DNA of 64,000 nt from contig CM120645.1 of NCBI GenBank assembly GCA_051362555.1, positions 15,748,001 through 15,812,000 of the forward strand, given 5' to 3'. Position 1 is the first letter of the stretch; each line of letters starts with the position of its first letter. The notes beneath the pieces are model-generated. The model ran no database searches. It saw only the letters and a list, made by a program, of their open reading frames with translations, and was not told the DNA's origin. This DNA is from Lingula anatina. Lineage: Eukaryota; Animalia; Brachiopoda. Positions 56,401-64,000 of this stretch are shown one piece after another. The translations under genes and the position numbers were made by a program.

Positions 56401-58595
56401 ATTTCTTTTTTCTTCTTCTTTCAAACCCTCATCCTTTCTTGTTTATAAGTTAATTTTTACTATTTGGTATTTACTGTTACAATAATTAACAGAAGATTTA
56501 TGAATACAAATATATACTAGTACATTTGCCATACAAACACCTACAATATTGCACAAAAATATGCATGCCTCTAGCACATCTATATCACTTTATCTGCCCA
56601 CTAAGGTATATTTTTAACTTTTCTGCACAGCATCTCTTGCTTATCAAACCTATGAACCAAATAGCAATTACTGAAATGAATATTAAAAATATGCATAACT
56701 TAAAGGTGTCTGCAAAAAAACAGCTTCCACTTGCATAGTTATATGCAAACCATGCATGAATTCTCCTGCTGTTGGGCAAAGTGACCCTTCCTGTCATAAA
56801 TCTAGTCAAAATGCTCATTACTTCGGTATTCTGATGCAAAATACACATTTGCCATGCTGTATCAGCCTCTTCCAGTATATGCAGAAGAAATTAGCATGCC
56901 CAGAATATCTTAGTCTGCCTACAAAACATGCACTTTACCAAGAAACTTGAAGGTTATTTCCAGAGCTCAGTAGATTTACAGAAATTATGGCATCAAGGCA
57001 TACCTCCTTGATTGCTTTAGACTTTGATAAGGTGGGCTGGGTCTATAACCAGTAGAAACACTCATATAAGAAGCAAAGCTCAAATTTCTTCAGAAAAGAA
57101 AACGTACATGGAGTTTCAGAGTTCGAAAGTAAGGCGTTTCTCTGAAAGCAATCCTTTGCTGGTCATATACTGGTAACAATAAGGATTTATGCTTGTACTC
57201 GAGACGTACTAAAGTTGACAGGTTTGGATTTTGGTCCTGTAGCAATCCTGTAGCAATCCTGTAGCCAGACAACGCCTTTATACTTTATATCAAAGTCAAT
57301 ATACATACAAAAGAGAGATTGTTATTATACATAAGTTTAAGCCTGGTGAGAATGTTGGTTTTAAAACTTTATACAGTTGCATGCAAAGAGGTTTGTTTTC
57401 ATTCACGAGAGATACATTAATTTTATAAGACTGCCTGCATTTAAACCTTGATCAATAAGACTGCTGGGATTTCACCTGAACAAGACCAAAACTCTTGTAC
57501 TCACACATTCATCGCAGCACATACTAGTAATGGAATAAATGTGGATCAAATTTCTCTGTTAACTTGGTTTTGACCTAAGGTTTCTAACACTAAGCTAGGT
57601 CTTTCCTTCCTCAGGATTAAATACAGGTGAAATAAAGAAAGATGTAATGAAGCACTGGGTACATCCAATGCTAAAACCTCTGTTTGCCCTATGTATCTGG
57701 AACAGATAAGGGTGCAATTTGTTTCAATCTTGATTCCAACATAGTTCTTGTCAAGGAATCATATACAGATACACCCTTACCTTAGAAGAGTAAAGGTTAA
57801 TTCTTTTAACTTAAAAGTACTACCTGAGAACAATTTATATCTGATACCTGTCTTTGCTTGCTCAAACCATGTGGATACAGGTGAAAAATGGTACCATATG
57901 GACTTTAATTCTGTGCCAATAAATACAGAATCGTTTATTTCATATTGACTTACAATATTCTTTATTAATTTACGAAGATACAGGTTCAAAAGTAAGGTAT
58001 AGATGTTTTATAGCATGGGCCAGGCTACCATGTTTTAACTAGAAACTGATACCCTGCAACAGAGGTTTTCATCCTCAATCTCACTTCCACATAGAAATGT
58101 GTGTGCACAGCTCCATTCAGGTGTAGGGGGGCAAATAGAACTATTTGCTCAGCCGGAAGAAAAAAAAGCATGATCTTTTTCCAAAATGTCCAGTACATGC
58201 ATTCAGGTTAATCCATGTGGATGTTGACATTTTGGATTGATAGCAGAGATGTCTGTGTCTGCTATTACCACATGTATTTAGAACTCTGTCTAGCAGAACA
58301 AGAATTTTAACACCTCACCTGTACAGTCAGGTGTGCACTAAATAAGACAGTTAGCCAATGTGGAACTGTTTAAGTAAGGATTAAAGCCGACATATACCAT
58401 GTTTTATATAGCCAGAAGGAAGAAAAAGGAAATAACTATTTATTATTTCTGACAGTATGAAATTTTACAAAAAAAAATTAAATTAAAAAAAAAAAAAAAC
58501 TTGTGAAAAGTTGTCCACAAAATATAATACATAGACTGTACTTGGTCATTATCCACAAGCAAACAAAAATTCAGTTACAAAAACATTACATATGG

Positions 58596-59355
58596 CAGTG
58601 TATGAAATTCAAGGAAATTACTAGCCAGACCGCCGGGCAGGTAACTCTGAAAAGTTACCAGCCCGGCCATGTAGTTACCTGCCCTACTTATGATAACCAC
58701 TAGAGTTAAGAGAGGTATGCTGAGGGGGTCTAGAATTCATTCTTGGGAGAGTAATTTGGAAATGAAAGGGCAATATCATGCCTTATGCGTGGACATTTAG
58801 AAATTGGTTGGAATTTTTACTGAATGATACCTTGTCAGTGTTGGATTTAGAGGGGGGGTCCTAACGCCCCCCCCCCCCCTTTCAATTTCTGCAAAAAAAA
58901 AAAAAAAAAAAACTCACCTCTTGAAATAAGACTTTTTACTAGCTGAACCATACAAAATGGCACCATTCACCATCTAAAATACCAAAAAATCTCAGGGCCC
59001 TCTAGCGGGTGGGGGAGGGGGAGTAGTCAATTCAGTTTATGTTCACCTTGCAGGCTGTCTCATTTCTTCTTCAATAATTTATTCATAACTTTTATTCCGA
59101 TTTCGTGATATCATTTGATCATAATTTTGGCTTTTCTGTGTTGCAACAAGTATGGCCAAATACATTGAAAGTGGGTGTAAACAGTTAGTTGATTTGATAT
59201 TTTGCTGAAATCGCTTGTGAACATAGACAAAATAAAAGGTGAAAATAGGCTGTAAAAATAGCCAGCCCGTCGGGCGGGTAATTTGTAAATCTTACCCGCC
59301 CGGCCTGAAAGTTACCAGCCTCGGGCTGGCGGGCTGGCGGCCATTTCATACACTG
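58596..59355. mobile_element. Non-autonomous DNA transposon (760 bp), 13-bp TIRs, 7-bp TSD
   Basis: CAGTGTATGAAAT ... ATTTCATACACTG; CATATGG at 58589-58595 and 59356-59362; GC-rich subterminal AGCCC/GTTACCAGCC motifs at both ends. Confidence 0.88.
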
Positions 59356-60739
59356 CATATGGTCATAAAAAAAGTGCATCAGATACAAGCTTAAAGTACG
59401 CCTGAATGATATCAAGCAAGCAAATACCAATCAGTCACATATATCCATACTCAGTATATATAGGTATCAATAGCCAGCAATGTTTGCACCTTTATTATTG
59501 TATCCTTCATACCACACCTCCCCTGCTGGAAGGGCAATATTATGCCACCTGACTTCCTATTATGGCTCACAATAGCCAGGGTCACTAGCAGTGTATTTGT
59601 TCACTGGAAGCCCACTGTAGGAATTCAGTGACTGTAACTTTGCTGTGTGTACAGAAGCAAAGTAATAAGGAGAATTCAGTGGGAGAAGCAAAAGCACCAG
59701 CTGTAAACTGGTCTATTTAAATCCTTGTTTAATTCTTGTGAACAGACTACCACTTATATAATCATGGCCTCTCTGCAGGCAAACTCCAGTACCCTGTGTC
59801 TTTGTTACTTAGGTTGATTGCTGCACTACTTGCTGTGGAGCCATTATGATTTAATGCAATCAATATGCTGTAAAAGCATATCAAACTGATTCAGGACCAT
59901 CTCAGAAATGTAAGTTGATTGCTTAACTACATATTAGTACTGAGGACTCAGTACGATCTAATGCAATCAACATGCCCAAGATGAGAGCACAGCATCTCCA
60001 AACATTCTTTTGGGAATATATCTCTGCTTTATAAGCAGCCAGCTTTGCATAACTCTGTGGTACAGAACTGCTGAGGCATATCAATTGATAACTTCCCATA
60101 TATCAAAGCAGCCTGGGTTAGAATGCAGTTATTATGTAAAGGAAAATACTTGAGGAAATGAACAGAGAGTTGCTGTAGAGCTGCTAAAGCACGTTCTTGC
60201 TTGGAATTTATGTAGTACCAGTGTAACAGTAGTAGAGAAGAACCAGAACAATAACATGTTGCACAAAAGACATGAATTATTACAGTACGAGTTTAAATTT
60301 TTCAGCCTACTTTACCTATCTACAAAACTAAAGCCCCTAAAAATCCTCTAGTAAAAACTATTAGAATTGGAACTTAGAAAAATATAAATTTGTTAACTTT
60401 CAGATGCCAAATCTTCTGGTCTAATGCCTTAAGCTTAAACTGCTGCTGTATATTGTTAAAAATTCCCACAAGTAAATCACAGCTTTGTCAGGTCCCGTGT
60501 GAAGTTTACATCACTGCATAAAGGTCATCGGTTTTGTTCAGAAGAGAAAAAAACAAGAGCAACTTTCTTTCACTCCTGTTTGCAAGGGCTCAAGGAATAC
60601 ATCAACTAAAGGTCAGGGGGTATAGGTCAAATATGCAAGCAACTTTAACAAAAAAAAACTGACTTAAAGGCTATTCAATAATATTTTCTTCATGAAGGTC
60701 CCACCCCTAAATCCCTTTTTAATACCCCCTCCCCCCCCA

Positions 60740-60750
60740 ACACACACACA

Positions 60751-60787
<37 letters not shown>
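60740..60787. repeat. (CA)n microsatellite
   Basis: Visible run. Confidence 0.9.
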
Positions 60788-60789
<2 letters not shown>

Positions 60790-62579
60790 TCACTAAGCAT
60801 TTTGTCATGTTTGATTCCAAAATTAATTTTAAGAGTTGCATTGGTTTATTATGTAATATATGTCTTAATATTATTAATTATAGTATAAAAATGCTTGAGG
60901 AAGAATGATAATACACGATGTGACACCAGTTTGAAATGGCATGCTACAAAATATCACAATTCACAGCTATACAATTTGGGTTATTCAATCATCATCAGTA
61001 AGTTTAAAACTGTCATTCAATATTACATGTACTTCAATTCACATGCATGCTGGCATTTTAATTTCCTTGCATCATGTTTGAAGCTCAGATTTATTGCATT
61101 TGGTTTCACAGAAACTTCTTTCGCAGCTATTGAACTAAACTACTGATGATGAAATTATGACACCATTTATTTGAGCATAAATTTTCTATCAAAGCTAGCT
61201 AGATGGAAATTATTATATTTCTGATGATTAACTGCTGATGCAGAAATTATGAATTTATAAATTTTTCAGCACCATGAGATAAGGGTAGTATACTATATGA
61301 CTGTTAAAGACACCTCAGTCATAGATGATAATATAGGACTTTATCAATATGACCCTTAATGCAAACTTGAATTAATAACAACTGCTATAATTTAGAAAAC
61401 CTGTTACACTTATGAACACAAACTGACACAGATTTCTTTCATACAGACATACTGATACGGTAAACTTAACTCAAGCAATATGACATTTGTATTAGCAAGA
61501 TTTTATCAGAGTATGTTCAATAACATAAAAAATTTAATATGTAAATATGCAATTCGTGACTAATTTACAGGCAAAACAATGACCTATTTTGATTAGAATT
61601 TCATGTTTTTTAGAACCAAAAGCTCCACTAACAACCAGGGATAAAACTATTTAACAGATATTTGAGGGGATTTCACAGAATGCAACTTTACCACACAAAT
61701 TCTTAGTCACATATGTCATACTATTAAATTATTCACTCTCAAAAGGATAATTGCAGAACCAAACCAACCAGCACTATTCTGCTTGTGGTATTACATGCTT
61801 CTGTGTATGCATACAATCTTGTGCATATATCTGATTCTGTGTGTGCACATGTGCACATGAATGTGAGTGCATGTATGTGTGCACGCTTGCCCATGCACAC
61901 ATTTTCTTTTCCAGTGACATGCAAGTATATAAATCATGATGCAAATATGCACATACCCACGCATATGCACATATGGAAATGCATACGAGCATGCCTAAGC
62001 ATACAGGTATCTGTTTTTGTGAGTATGTCTGGGTATGATTATTTATTATGACACAGTATAAATAAATACATAGTCTAGAGGAGTGCTTGCCTCCTACAGA
62101 CTCAATTCATCACATGAAGATACATATTCCTGTCACACTCCATCATTTCCAGAGAGCACCTGTAGCACAAATATCACTTCACTGCTAGAGATGCATGTGT
62201 CACTAAGATGTGTTGCTTTAAGTTTTCATTATTTGATTCATTCTGGTTAAGACCAAAAAGATGAAAGCCGTGCGACCTGCGAAAGTGCAGCAAAGCCACC
62301 TCTCTCTCTCTCTCTCTCTCTCACACGCACACACGCACGCATGCACACACACACACACACACATGTACCTCCTTATCCATCATCATTATATCATTATTCA
62401 GACAATACATATATCCCTGGTTTTTATTGAGAGTTATAGAGTATTTAAACTGAGAATAGGTTTGAAATATGTCCACAAATGTCTGAGGATATATTACATT
62501 TTTTTCCATAATGTACACTTACAAATGACTAACTCGGGAAATTAGCTGCCACATTCTGAAACTGTAAACCAGGGTTCGC

Positions 62580-62902
62580 CTAGCCCCAGAGTGTTACCAG
62601 GCATCCCATATGTGCAGAGTACTCTACATTAGTGAACTACCACTCTAGACTGAAGCTGTGTTCACATAAGTCCTAATTTAAACTTTGCTAGCCCACAGAG
62701 TGTTACCAGGCATCCCACATGTGCAGAGTGTCCTACACAAATGAACTACCACTCCAGACTGATGCCCTGTTCACACAAGTACTAATTTAAACTTTGCTAG
62801 TTCCCAGACTGTTGCCAGGTATCCCACATGTGCATCGTACCCTACGTATGTGAACTACCACTCTAGACTGAAGCCTTGTTCACACAAGTCCTAACTTAAA
62901 CT
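62580..62902. repeat. Tandem repeat, 109-bp unit x3
   Basis: GTGTTACCAGGCATCCCA...GAACTACCACTCTAGACTGA...TTCACACAAGT motifs recur at 62591, 62700, 62809. Confidence 0.88.
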
Positions 62903-63253
62903 GCCTGTGATCTGGTTTTTACATCTAAATGATGTGTGGTATACTAATTTATGAAAACTTCTCTGATATACATGTACTGATCAGAGAACGTGTTTTGTCT
63001 TGATTAAAAATTAAAGTTAATTGCAGTCAGTCCAGATTTGATGATTCGACCTGATGCTGTGAAATCAGCCTGGTACAAATACATTCAATGCAAGTTAGAC
63101 TTAAATGAACTAAAAACAGGTTGAAAACTGATCCCGTTTATGACTTGCATTTTAAACAATTGCTCACACAGAGTGTCAAATCACCACTTCACATTCCTAG
63201 CTAGCAAAAAAAAAGTGCAAAAGACAAAATAGTGATCTGTATGGGACATATTT

Positions 63254-63468
63254 GTTGGTAGTTTCATGCTGGATGGACAAAGAAAAAGAGGAAGGCCGGT
63301 CAAACGATGGAGGGATGAATTAGATGACTACTGGAAGTCTTGGAAGAAGAAACCTTGGCCAAACTGGAAATCTGAGGCTCAGGATAGGAAACAATGGAAA
63401 AAGCATGCTGAGGCCTTTGTCCAACAGTGGAACACTATAGGCTCTAAATGATGATGATGATAATGATG
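63254..63468 (+). mobile_element. 5'-truncated RTE-like non-LTR retrotransposon (3' end)
   Basis: ORF end RKRGRPVKRWRD..W..AQDRKQWK..AEAFVQQW*, typical of RTE-clade ORF C-termini; (TGA)n tail; 13-bp TSD ATGGGACATATTT at 63241-63253 and 63469-63481. Confidence 0.88.
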
Positions 63469-64000
63469 ATGGGACATATTTCTTATTTATTTCCATGCAA
63501 AAATTCCCAATGGCTGCCCCTGTTACCCATGCATGCATGCCCAACAAGTCTCAGTTGAGTTCACCGTCGCTTTATGAACTTCACTAAGCACAGCTTATGA
63601 CACCGCGCCTGAATAAAATACCCAGTGCATGGCTTTTTCATGACTGCTTTATGTGTAGAAGAATTGCATAATGTGGTCCATACAAGTGGAATCAACAGAA
63701 TGGAAAGCATATATTGTGTAACCACAGGAGATGAAAGAAGACTTCAAAACCAAAGTCAGGTTGATAAGTGGAAAGCATGGCACATATCCGACCCTTTATC
63801 AAATTTATATCACATATATTCAATTATAATAAATATTTATTCCCAATGGATTATATTTGCTCTTATTCACCAAAGCATTTAGTTTTCCAAATACTTTTGC
63901 TAAACATTTTCTCCCTGATAAAAATCTTCACTTCCCACTTGACAAGACAAGCAATCCCTTCTACCAAATCCAAAAACAAAATCCTTCATCAGAGTAGAAT

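Noticed and set aside
1-64000. tRNA, rRNA or snoRNA genes
   Set aside because: None recognised by eye; a tRNAscan-SE/Infernal-Rfam scan would be needed to exclude them

Overview
AT-rich, intron-rich metazoan genomic DNA, probably from an invertebrate (a lophotrochozoan is a guess). The whole window lies inside one minus-strand filamin gene (FLNA/cheerio-like). About 28 core exons between 50593 and 2144 can be chained by hand with GT-AG sites and consistent phases. They encode the end of CH1, all of CH2, 13 rod-1 Ig repeats (equivalents of human repeats 7 and 10 appear absent), hinge 1, repeat 16 and the start of repeat 17. Both gene ends lie outside the window. The most interesting signal is a dense set of candidate isoform switches around the hinge. 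These are a duplicated, apparently mutually exclusive 141-nt exon pair (only one copy has the MPSG methionine), several ATG-initiated in-phase candidate first exons, two in-phase candidate terminal/poison exons, and four frame-preserving microexons (9, 15, 18, 24 nt). Introns also contain several MITEs with target-site duplications, a 5'-truncated RTE-like LINE, a Rho GTPase pseudogene fragment, tandem repeats and microsatellites. All splice calls come from sequence reading only and need RNA evidence.
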